From NCBI GenBank assembly GCA_028534125.1, contig CM052817.1:36768001-36832000 (forward strand): a DNA stretch of 64,000 bases, read 5' to 3'. Position 1 is the first letter of the stretch, and the number at the start of each line of letters is the position of its first letter. Both the position numbers and the translations under genes were made by a program. The notes under the pieces are model-generated. The model did no database searches, was not told the DNA's origin, and saw only the letters and a program-made list of their open reading frames with translations. Origin of the DNA: Lama glama (taxonomy: Eukaryota). Shown here piece by piece: positions 13,211-24,719 of the stretch.

Positions 13211-14967
13211 GATTTTCAAGAAGATTATTGCATAGTTCAATCAGCTCTATTAATAATTGTGACATTTCCCAATGGAGGGTTCCCTTGATTTTTCTCTAAT
13301 TAACAAAAAAGAGCATATTTCTTCTTCTTCTCCTACTTCAGATTTTCTTCCTGGTTGGTTGGGTGAGCTGTCTGTGACTCACTGAATCTGTGGCAAGGGT
13401 GGTGGGGTTCAGCGAGAGGTGGAGAATAGAGAGAGGCTTCCGAGGGGATAGAGGGGAGGGAAGGAAATGAATCACCCTCTCTGGGTGTGATGCAGTGCAG
13501 GCCGCCCCACTCAGAGGTGGCCTCTCTTCTGATTTCAAGATCGCTTCCCTGTTTGTATTTCCCTCCACCAACCACTGTCTCTTATGAATGAAAAAGAGGC
13601 AGGTCTCTGTGAATAACCCATTTTCACATAAAATAGCTAGGGCCTTTTTTTTTTTTAACCTGGAAGCTAATTGGTAATTTGTGCTTAAGCATATAAAAGG
13701 TTTGTAGTAATTAGACCATATGAATGCTTACAAATGTGTAAACGGGAAGCAAACTGATTTTCTTACAGGATTACCTGTCTACATGGAAATTTATGTTTCT
13801 GAGATGAGCACACGGTTTTGTAAACAAGCTGGTACAATCCAGGTTCAGATACATTATGTTTTCTACAACCAGTGATTTTGAAAATTCTTTCAGATACAAA
13901 TATTTGCTGAGCCAATTCTATGTGTAAGACACTATTGTTTTGGGGAACCCAAGATAAATGAGGTGTAGTTCCTGTCCCCAAGGAGGATACAGTTTAGCAG
14001 CGAAGATCAGAAGGGCGCCAGTTAGTTGGCTGGCAAGAAAGTACGTGATAACTACCAAGCCGAAAAATACAGAGTACTTGGGGGTTCAGAGGCAGATGGG
14101 TGGGATTTCAACAGAAAAAGTGGACAGGGATCTTTGGGGAGAGACAGGAGTGATGGTATCCGTAGCCACTATGCTATGCTGTATAAGATGCTATCACATA
14201 CTTTCTCGTTGACTCCTTAGAAAAACTCTGTAGGTGACTGTTGTTGATTTCATGTTCCTGAAGAGTAAACTGAATCGTGGAGAGGTAGTGACTTTCCCAA
14301 ATCAGAAGGCCCAGGACCCAAACCCCAGTCTCTGACTACATGGCCCATCTTCGTAAGAGCAGATAATATGCCCTAAAGTTAAGAATATGGATACTTGAGC
14401 TAAACTAACTTGTCTTGAATCACAATCCCCTTTCTTCTTGGCTTGAGGTTTTCTTGCAAACTATTTCATTTTTTAATGCATCCCTTTCTTCATCTCTGAT
14501 GAGGGTTCGAAATAAAAATGCAATGCAGTAAGATTAAATGTTTACCTATAAGAAGCATTTAGAACGATTAGCAGTATGCAAATGGTTGCTATTATTTTTT
14601 GAAAAATATTTTATTATAAAAGGAGTATATATTCTATAAAAATTGGCCAGAGACCTATCAAAGAGTTTAGCACACTTGCTAGAGGCAAGACCAGCACACA
14701 AAGATCAATCATATTCCTTTACACAGCAGTGATCTATTTGAATATGTATCAGAAAAAAGATGGAATTCAAAATAACAACAAAAACTATAAAGTACTAAGG
14801 AATAGAATTAATAAAAATGTGCAAAATGTTTTAGGAGAACATTTGGAAAGTACAAAAATAGATCAAGAGAAATGTCTTTCCATGGGTTGGGGAGGGAAGA
14901 CATTGTAGATAAAAGAAATATCATGAAAAAAGACAGTGAGCGGGCATTTTTAGGGACTATTTGGGCA

Positions 14968-15035
14968 CAGAGTGGAATACACACAACAGGGAGTGAAGTA
15001 GCAGGGTGGAATACACACAACAGGGAGTGAAGTAG
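14968..15035. repeat. 34-bp tandem duplication (2 copies, 1 mismatch)
   Basis: cag(a/g)gtggaatacacacaacagggagtgaagtag at 14968-15001 and 15002-15035. Confidence 0.95.
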
Positions 15036-17408
15036 AGGCAGAAAAATCCATTTTGAGTAAGGTCGTGGATGGCTTTGAATGTTAGATTGACGATTTTGCA
15101 ATTAATGTAATAGGTAGCTGGAAACTACTGCAGACCTATGAATGGGGAATAGGACTGATCTTAGAACAGAAAGATGCTTCAGGAGAACATTTAAACAAGA
15201 GCCTGTGAGTTGCCTGGGGTTTAGGGCAAGTTTAAAATGTATTGATTTTAGAATGGTTAAAAAGGAAAAATAAGCCCTTTAAAAATAATTCTAAATAAAT
15301 CAATCTTGATTATACATTCTTATCTGTGAATTACTGTTTTTTAGCAGTGTGTTGAATCTGAGTAAATCAAGTAAATTGCTACTTGGTTTAACATCTGGAT
15401 ATCTATTATGGTCGCAAGGAAATGGTAAACTTTAGGGTTTACATTTATCTTGGTGTGTTTTGGAAATATGGTCAAGTGGTACTCACATATGAACATGCTC
15501 TATATGAGAATATGAATAGTGCTACTCAAAAAAATTCCTTGGCAAAAGTTGGTGCTTTTTGGAGTTAGCAATACTAGGGAGTAACATTAACAAGTTTTTA
15601 TTTAATGGGATGGAATGCTAAAGGCAGGGGTTACATAAAGGCAGAAAGGAAAGGAAAATGAAAATGTACTGAATGACTACCATATGGTCCGTGTTACAGG
15701 ATTAGCTAATTTAATTTTGACAGCAATACTGTGGGGTAGGAATTATTAAGCCCATTTCACAGATGAGAAGTTAAATAGACCTGTTGTCAACTTTCCCTTC
15801 CTTTATTTATTAACAATCCATCCTGGGTAAATTACTTAACCTTTTTAAACCTGTTTCCTTACTGCTTAAAATGAGGGACTAATAATGTCCAAGCCCCAGG
15901 GCTATTGTCTAGATTAAATACAATAACACCCATTAAATCCTTACTCCAGTGCTTGGCTCATAAAAGCTGACCCGTCTGACTTACCTTGGGCCAGGCACAG
16001 GGCTAAGAAATTTAAATTCATTATCTCTTTAAATCATCACACAAACCTTTTGTAGGTGCTCAATTGCTATTATTGTTATAAGTAATAATACATTTTATTA
16101 CAATTTTATTGTAGTTCAGAGAGATTGTCACATGCCCAAGATTAAGAAATTAACAAATGGCAGAACTGACATTCAAATTTAGTTTTGTTGGAGGGCAAAA
16201 ACCCAGAAACTATTAAGAATATTCCACATCCGAAAATGATAGGAATACTAATAAATTACCTAATTCTTTTTTTTCCGCTATAGAGCTTCGGATTTGAACT
16301 CTGATGAAAGAGTAAGACATTTAGTAGGTACAGGATCACACTTTTGTATTTAAAAATGGACTAAAATGAAAATGTGATATAAGTTGGCAGAATGTGTATG
16401 TGGAAACAGTCAATGCTGTGGTTAGAAGAGGGACTTCAGTAGCATTGGCTCTTGAGTGTCTACGATTGTGCCCACCCATTCAGTGTGGTGTTGGTGCAGA
16501 GCATGAGTGTATATGGCCCAGCGGGAAGGACGAGAGTGACTTTAGATGGGAGATAAAGTGAGGCAGGTGAGGAGCTATAATCACTTTGCTAATTTGAAAT
16601 TCCACATCTAGGTTATAAGCCAGACCTCCCTAACCATGTGCACATGACAGAACTGTAAATATATAGGCAGCATCTAACTTATTTTACTTGGTGTTCCTGT
16701 GGATAAACCCACTGTCTTGGGGTGAAGACTTTGACCATCTGTTTGGGGTGGAGGGATGGGGAGGAGGTCCCCGAGAGCATGATGAAAGAGCTACAGACAC
16801 TTGCCCAGTTATTACTGGGTTCGTTGTAGGTTTCAGGATTTCATTTTGCTGATTTTGCAAGCTTAGGGACAGAGCTGTATTGCAAAAGGAGATTTTTTTT
16901 TTGAAGACTGTCTGGGGGAAGGACTGAGATGGGGAAACACCCGAACTTGGCCTCTGACAAGGAATTTATAGGAAAATAGAAACGTCTGGTGGGGATTTTT
17001 ATTATGCTTTTTTTGCTGTGTGGTATATGAAATCAACTTCTGACTCCATCCAGTGAAATCTTCAGCAAAATTTGTATTTTGAAGGTTATTGCTTGAAAAA
17101 TTATTTTGTTGTTGTTTGTTTGTTTGTTTTTGTTGGGTGGGAGGATAAAGAGCTGGGTTCTACTTCAAGGTGAGGAGAACATACTTGCCAACACCGTGGT
17201 TTTTTTCAACCTACAAACTTGATGGCCTTGAACTTTAATTTTCCCATAGCACTCTCGGTTCATAATTCTTTTTCTTAAAAAAGGATTTTTGCTTATACAA
17301 CTTCTTCCTGACTGTGAGAATATGGCATAAGTTCCCTGGGCTCAATAGACAGGTCGGGCAAAGTGTCGGGTCAGAATACTGAGTGACAGACAAGACCACA
17401 TGTGGCAC

Positions 17409-17903
17409 TGTTATGAACCTGAATAGACCCTGATTATGTCTGGTGTACGTGGCCTCTTGGAGTGAATTCTGTCTTCACCTGGTACACAGCCAAGAGGCGG
17501 GGAGCTGCTGTATCACCTATACCCCTTTAACTGAGAATCCCTGCCCTGGGAAGTAGGAACAAGTTTCTTTTAGGAATGTCAAGCCATAAACCTGACATCC
17601 CAAAGCCTGCACTGACACGGGTCAGCGCCCTGGCTAGGGAAGAGCAGGCTCCTTTGAGGGACTGCTCCCGTGTGGCATGAACGACCCTTGGCCAGAAACC
17701 TAACTTGGTTAAAGCAAGCAGAGAATCCCTTCCCTCCGCGGTCCTTGTACTGTCTGCTGGGGCTTCCGGCTGGAGGCCGAAGTCCTATTTTCCTCTGCTA
17801 ATAAAATCTGCAGCTGGCGAATTTGTGACTTACTCTCTCAGCTGGGATTGGGACCCAGTGGTCTTCCTTTGCTGACTTGGCCTTACTTTGGCTCTTGCTG
17901 ACA
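17409..17903 (+). mobile_element. Possible old solo LTR, family not identified
   Basis: About 500 bp, starts TGTTATG, ends TGACA, with AATAAA about 100 nt before the end. No TSD seen. Confidence 0.4.
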
Positions 17904-20900
17904 CTGCAGGTCCCTTGACTCTCTGCCGTGTCATCTGTGCCATCCTCAATCCATATTTCTCCTCACTCATCATGACTATCCATTGGCAAGATTTCCATCT
18001 CTCTGACCAGCTCTCTCTTCTGTCCCTGCTGTGGGGCATGTTGGAGTCTCTGGATCCCTCCCACAGCCTTGAGAGCCAGGGAAAGCGCACGAGTGCTCTC
18101 TGCGCAGCACCACATTTCTGTCACTTCCTGGGGAGCACCTTTCTGGATGTCATCGTTTCCCTGGGACTCTTTGTGTCTTCTTGGCTGTTCACTGGAAAGC
18201 CAGGCAATTATTGCTTCTGCTCTAGGAACTTTTCACCCTATCATGAAACTTCTTCAGGTTTTCTAGCCCTTTGCCTCCTGGGCTGACATTCAGGAAAGTC
18301 TGGAGTGTACATCTCTGGCCTCCTGTGTCTTCGTTCCTCTCTCCGGGGTCTTCCTCCTTGCCCCTGTCCTCTGCCTGCACATGTCTGTAACTGCACATGT
18401 CTCCTCATTTCATCTTTTCTACTCCAGCCTCATTCTTGGCATTAAAAGCATAGGAGGTATGGGGGACGGGGGAGGAAATCTAGCTGACTAGTAAAAGAAC
18501 ATACATTAGAAAAAAATTCAAATATATTATACCTGTTCCACGTTCACAGCACACGAGGGAACTAACGGACACACACACACAGACAGGTGTGTTCATCATT
18601 TTCACAGACTTCGCTACAGTCTTGTGGGGAAGATGCCCCCAGCCAGCGCTCAGAAAGAATGAAGGTCAGTGATATAATAGAAATAGGAAATGTTTGGGGA
18701 GAATTGGAGAGGGAGGTGTCCATTGTGGTTGAGGGAGGCTGGGGGTGGGAAGTTTCTGGGGGAAGGAAGCAGAGGACACAGAGAGCAGATGGGCCGAGGG
18801 AGGAGGGTGAGACAGACAGAAAGACGTGGTGACAGCAAGGTAGGACAGAACCACGGTGTGTGGTGGCCTGCGACGTGCAGTTACGTCAGATAGGTGACAA
18901 ATCTGGGAGCCCCATCGGATCCCAGGCTCGCTGGGCTCTGTATTGTAGTCTCGGTGGTAGAGGAAAAGTTGGCACATCTTTGCCTGCCTGACTGTACTTT
19001 CTCTGCTAATCTTTTTATCTCCTTCAAGTACACTCTGTTTACTTGTCTAATGAATTGCCACCCGAAACTTGCATAGTTGAATAGTTAGAATCCTTCTCTT
19101 CTGACTCATGAAGGAGTGAAAACCATAGTAGAGTTGACTTTTATGGAGCTCTTTGTGAGGCTGTCTGGTTCGCCTGGAATAATGGCTCTTTTCTTTCTTT
19201 GTTTCTCACCAGCCTATGTGGTTTGTGATTTAATAACCAGGCAGAGCACTGAAATTAATACTGGCAGATTTTTAAGCTTGAAGGAGGAAAAGGAAACTGG
19301 GAATTTTAAATTGTTAGCTTTTTGTGTGGGCGACTTACTTTCTCCGTTGGAAAGAGTTTAGGCCAGGCGAGACCTTACCAACAGCCTTAAAAAATGAGCA
19401 TGAGAGGGGATAACCCCTGCTCCGACATCATTTCCCCTTTGCACACAGTTCGGTTTCTAGATGAGAAGATAGTTTTTGCCACTCTGTATCCTTTAAGATG
19501 TATCCAAAATGAAGCGATGGCTTGTGGCAATTAATTCACTAAAAAAAAAAGCTTTAATTTTTTTTTGTGTGAGTAATCTACAGTTTTTTTCCCCCAAAAT
19601 TATATCAATAGGAGATGGATATGTTTCTTTTTTCTCTGTAGGTAGGTGGTGTTGGGGAAGCTCAGATAAAGAGTTGAGAGTGAAAAATGAGACTTCGATA
19701 TCTAAGCAGGTGTGCTTGACCAAAGTAAGGCTCACAACCATCTTATTTCCCCTTTTTCATTAATGCCTTTGAAGAGAAGCTATTTTTTCCCCCTGAAAGA
19801 GAACAATTCTTCCTCTTGCATTGAGAGAACCAAGAAGAAAGGAACATTGGACTGTTTTTTATTTTGGGGAGGACTGTTTTTTATTTCCTAGGGTCTACTA
19901 GGAAAATATTCATAGGAAGCAGGACAGATATTTTGGAAAAATGAGGGACAGCACTAGACAGTCAGTGTTCAAGAAAATGGAGGTTGTCCCATATCGTTTT
20001 TGTTGATATTTGGTAAAAATCATGTTAATTGACTTGCCATGGCACTGACTGAACAATTGTATGAACTCCCTTGGCTAACTCCTCCTTTTTAAGACACTTA
20101 TTTTTTTGCCTGTTGTTCAGACGTTTTAAATTTCTAATTGAAAAGATATTCTCTGTCACAATATATATTACTTGATTTCCTCCTGAAGACCATATAAAGC
20201 TTGGTATGATTATCCATATTATGCTGATGTTGAAACTGAGGTTCTGAGAGGCTAAGTAAAGTACAGAACTAGGCTTTGAACCCAGGGCTTTCTAACTCTG
20301 TACCATATGCTTTTACTAGTGTCTTTTATTCTGTTTTCCCCAAGGCAGCTATGTGTATGTAGCAGAGCTGTTATTGACTGTTTGTTCATGATACAAATGA
20401 TTTGGAATCTTTTAAGATAAAAACGTAGGTAAACCTATCTAAAGTGCCTTCAGGAATGTCCTGTTTAGAACTCAGTGGTCCCTGCTGCCATCAGGCATGA
20501 CCATAGGAATCCGGTCATTTTATCAGATTCTTTTTCTCTTACTCTCTCTGTCCTGACTGTTGTTGGTCTCCTTGGCCATCTCCCTTAGGTCACCTCTTAC
20601 TATCTGAAAGCTGGCTTTCTAGTCTTCCCCTCTTGTCTGCCTAGAGATTTTCCCCAAATGTGCGTGTGAGCCACTTTTTCTTCCTCAAAGCAGAGCTTAT
20701 TACCAGGCAGTTGGCATTAGAAAAACTTCTCAAAAAGCCCATGAATTACAGGGAGGAATTATAATGCAGGAAAGATGGAAAACCACAAAGCTCTGTAATA
20801 GATCAACAGATCCAAGTCCAAAATACTTGTAACATCTCCCAGCCTCACACCTTTGCAGAAAGTCACCTATTTCTCCCACCTGCTGCTGGTGGCAGGCCAG

Positions 20901-21121
20901 GTGCCTTTGAGATGGCTATGCCTCTGTTCTGTGTTCCAGGTGCCCCACTCCCAAGGGAAACTGACTATATGCCCACCCTCTACCAAGGTGACACCTTCAT
21001 CCCCATCATCAGTACTGCCCAGCAGAAGCCCACTTTCTACATGAGACTTAGTTGTTTGGCTCCTCATCCCTCACTTTCCTTCCAGCAGAAGGTTAGGTAC
21101 TCACTTCTGCACAGCCCATTA

Positions 21122-21377
21122 CTTTTTTTTGTTCAAAAATATTTTTTTATTGAAGTATTATCAGTTTACAATGTTGTGTCAGTTCCTGGTGTACAGCATA
21201 ATGTTTCCGTCATACATACACATACATATATTCTTTTTCGTATTCTTGTTCATTGTAAGTTACTACAAGATATTGAATATAGTTCCCGTGCTATACACTA
21301 GAAGCTTGTTGTTTATCTGTTTTATGTATAGTAGTCAGTATCTGCAAATCTCAAACTCCCGATTTATCCCTTCCCTC
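21122..21377 (-). mobile_element. Young L1 3' UTR fragment
   Basis: Strongly similar to 916-1140 (ttgaagtat...cagtttacaatgttgtgtcagttcctggtgtacagcata), with poly-T on the left. Short flanking repeat cccatta at 21115-21121 and 21378-21384. Confidence 0.9.
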
Positions 21378-21989
21378 CCCATTATGTTTTGTGCTAAACC
21401 CAGTCTTTCTCCAAAGAGAAGGTCTCTCACCACCCTAAGCAATGGGAAACTACTGGTACAATTAAACATTTCTCCTGCTTTTTAAAAAACTAAATAAGTA
21501 CAGGAATACTGAGGTCCTAGCTCTGAGAATCTCAATATTCAAACACAACTGAAAGTCTGTTTTTCTTTGATACTCCTTTAGGCAAGGTTAATGCTTTGGT
21601 TGTAATAAATTATGAAATATCCAAGTTGTTTTTATCTCGGCTATGAGTAGATGTGATAACTGTCTAGTATTTTAAAGTATAAAGAGCAAATCATTGCGTG
21701 GAATATGATTTGCTAAGAGGGAGATGTGCAAAATTTGCTGTCAGTGGGTACTTTGTAGAGGTCCTGGAATTCAGTTGCACACGGAACACAGAACACAGAC
21801 ATTTTCCTGTTGAAATGTTTCATAAATGATTGCCCTTAGATTTGTCTTCAGGATTTGTCAAAAGCTAGTTCACTTAGCTGGTTAGAACAGAATACTCTTA
21901 AAACAAATGTGTGAATAGTTCTTGAACAAGTAAGCTTGGTTCTGTTAACTGGTTACAGATTCTCCTTAAAAAACAATTTGAAAAATTTG

Positions 21990-23440
21990 ATAGGACTGTA
22001 GTTCTTGGATTCAACCCAGTTGTTTGTTTACTGTGTAACCTTGAGCACATTACTTAATCTCTCTGCATCTCCATTTTCTTGTTTGCTAATTGACTGCAGT
22101 CATAATACCTGCCTCATGGAATTGCTGCAAGGATTAAATAATAGGTGTAAGGCCATAGCCCAGTGCTTAACACACGCATACTGAAACTATGTTGATTATG
22201 ATTATTGGTATTAGTAATGCTAGTAATAGTTTCAGGGGTCACTAATTGTTCACTCCCTCAGTAAGAATGTAACTGCTGGGTGATCAATGGTGTCACATCC
22301 AGCAGAGTTAAGATTTTCGAGCCTCCTGGCTCCAAACCTTCATTCTATACTTGCAAGCTTTGTGACTTCAGGCAAATTACCCAGACTCTCTAAGCCTTGG
22401 TTTCTTCATCTGCATAACGGCACCTACGTTGCCGTGTGATGTGACGATTACATGAGGTAGTCCACGCAAAGGACTTGACAGAATGCCTGGCATAGAGTTA
22501 GCCCTCAAACGTTAGCTTCTTTTCTGTTCTATTTCTTCATTTTATCTTTCTTATTATTCTTATTACCTGACTCTTACTGCTGGGAATACTGTCAATATCC
22601 TGAAAGGACTGCCTCTTCCAGGGTTCAGAGAGTCATCTAAAAGTGTGTGGAGCTGAGAAACACTTACAGGTCAAGAAGTCAAGAAGAGGGTATCTAGTTA
22701 AAATTCTCGGAAAAGTATTTTTCTTCAACCCAAAATGACAAGTTGAGGTCAGAGAAAAATTCCTGAGGAAGGTACTAGGGGAGCTCTTCTACGTGTCACA
22801 GAAATAGTCAAGGAAGTGGCTTATTGCCTCACCTGAGGGTGGGCTTCCCTGCCCTCCTGGGCTCCAGTCAGCTCTGAGTCACAGCTGTGCCGCCCCCCCC
22901 TTCCAAGCCCGATGCCACTTCCTGGCTGCTGAGGGTTTTCCTCCAACAACCGCGGGGCCTGTGATGACCTTATTATTGTAAAGCAACACCAGGGGGAGTA
23001 ATGTAGCTCCAGCCCAGGAAATTGGGAATTTGGCTACTGGCCCTGACTTCAGCCCTGATTTGTCAGTTGACCTTGGGCAAGTCATGATCTTTTTGCCACT
23101 TCACTTCTATTACGTGTAAATAGTGCAGAGAATGACATCTACCCTTTTGAACTCATGGGCTCATTTTGAAGATTCCACAACTCAACATATGCAGATACCT
23201 TTACACATTAAAATATTATTATTTTTTATGTTGGATGTTGGATCCAGTTTAGTGTGATGAGGAAAGCAGGGGCTTGGAGGTGGATAGAGCTGAGATCTAA
23301 TTTCAGTGCTGATACCTGCTAACTTTGTGACCTTAGGTCAACCCCTTCCTTTCTTTGAGTCTCCTTTTCCTCTGGGGTAAGATAAATATAATGATTATCT
23401 CATAAGGTGGTTGTATTAAATGGAATGAAACTTCTGCAAA
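21990..23440 (+). mobile_element. Cluster of about four MIR SINE fragments (~21990-22200, 22300-22520, 23010-23200, 23250-23440)
   Basis: Repeated MIR core variants of tgtgaccttgggcaagtcacttaacctctctgagcctcagtttcctcatctg. Confidence 0.7.
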
Positions 23441-24090
23441 ATGTTAGTGTTTCTTTTTCTTAAATGACTATGTTCAGGTGTTTTTTTTTAAATAAGCTTT
23501 TTCCCTTCTTAATATTCGGTTTACTTAAATATGTATAGGTGTGATGTGGAATACTTCTTATTCTTCTTCCAAAATTAAATGTGTATATGTATGTGTGTAC
23601 ATATACCCATATACATATTTATGCACACATATATAAAATAAATTTATGAAATGACTTCATGCTTCCTGGGATTTCTTAAATATATATATTTATTAATATA
23701 TAAATATATTATTATTTAAATGTACATGTGTATGTAATGTTTTATAGATATCTGTATCTCTTGATCAATAGATATAACACATCTCACACATATTGTATAT
23801 ACTATATATATAATGATGTGACTCATAAGACAGTTTTATAAATATATTCTTAGAAAATGATCCATTCAGTGATCCATAGATTGCCTCTTGAGCCTGTGTG
23901 AGTGACACACAGGAACCTTTCAGTAAATGTATGCTTAAGTAATAAGCTAGTATTCTATAATGACCTAATTTGTTTCTATTTAAAACGCAAATTTTATTAT
24001 TTTTCATAATTCTCTGTCTTAAATTCCTACCCTAGATTGCCCAGTCTAACCTAGTCAGCCTCCTGTATTTAAGAAATATTCTACTAATAT

Positions 24091-24360
24091 AGTCAAAATT
24101 ATTCTACAGTGACAGAGAATAGATCCATGGTTGCCTGGAGCTGAGCATGTGAGAAATTAGCTGCAAAAGTAACTTTTTGTGGTGATGGAAATACTCTGTA
24201 TCTTCATTGTTATGGTGGTTAAATGGTGCTTATAAAATGCATTTGTCAAAACACATTGGACTCTACAGTTAACATGGATGCTTTTTATGTTATGTAAATT
24301 AAATCTCAGGGATGTGATTTACAAAGTAAAATAAACAAAAAAGTGAAAATTAAAAAAGAA
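24091..24360 (+). mobile_element. Retroposed insertion made of an old L1M (L1MC/MD/ME-like) 3' end, with perfect 20-bp TSD
   Basis: aagaaatattctactaatat at 24071-24090 and 24361-24380. Internal motifs agatccatggttgcctgg, ggtgatggaaatactctgtatctt, catttgtcaaaac. AATAAA at 24330-24335 and A tail at 24352-24360. Confidence 0.85.
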
Positions 24361-24719
24361 AAGAAATATTCTACTAATATGAATATTAATGGTTAGGTTC
24401 TTGAACATACTCCTAGTAACAGAAGTTAATATTAGTGGAATGTATTATTTAATTGATTAAGAATTCATAGTTATAGTTTAGCTTTTTCCCAAGAAACATG
24501 GAAAGAACAGGTCTTATGAAATTGCTATACTTTGTGTTCCATTTGATAGGGTCACAAAGTCCTTGAATCAAAATTCATTTTTTTCTTAGTCAATATTAAC
24601 ATAGAATAAGGGCTCAAAATTATCTGTAAATGCAGATTCTTATGGATTTTTTAAAAATTAAATTTGTTTTTCCCTCTTCCAGGCTTTATTTTTTTTTAAT
24701 TTATCTCCATTTATTGTGC

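Noticed and set aside
17830..19361. Cluster of 60-132 aa ORFs in a locally GC-richer stretch
   Set aside because: Many have non-ATG starts, none shows a recognisable domain, and I see no coherent splice or processed-pseudogene structure.
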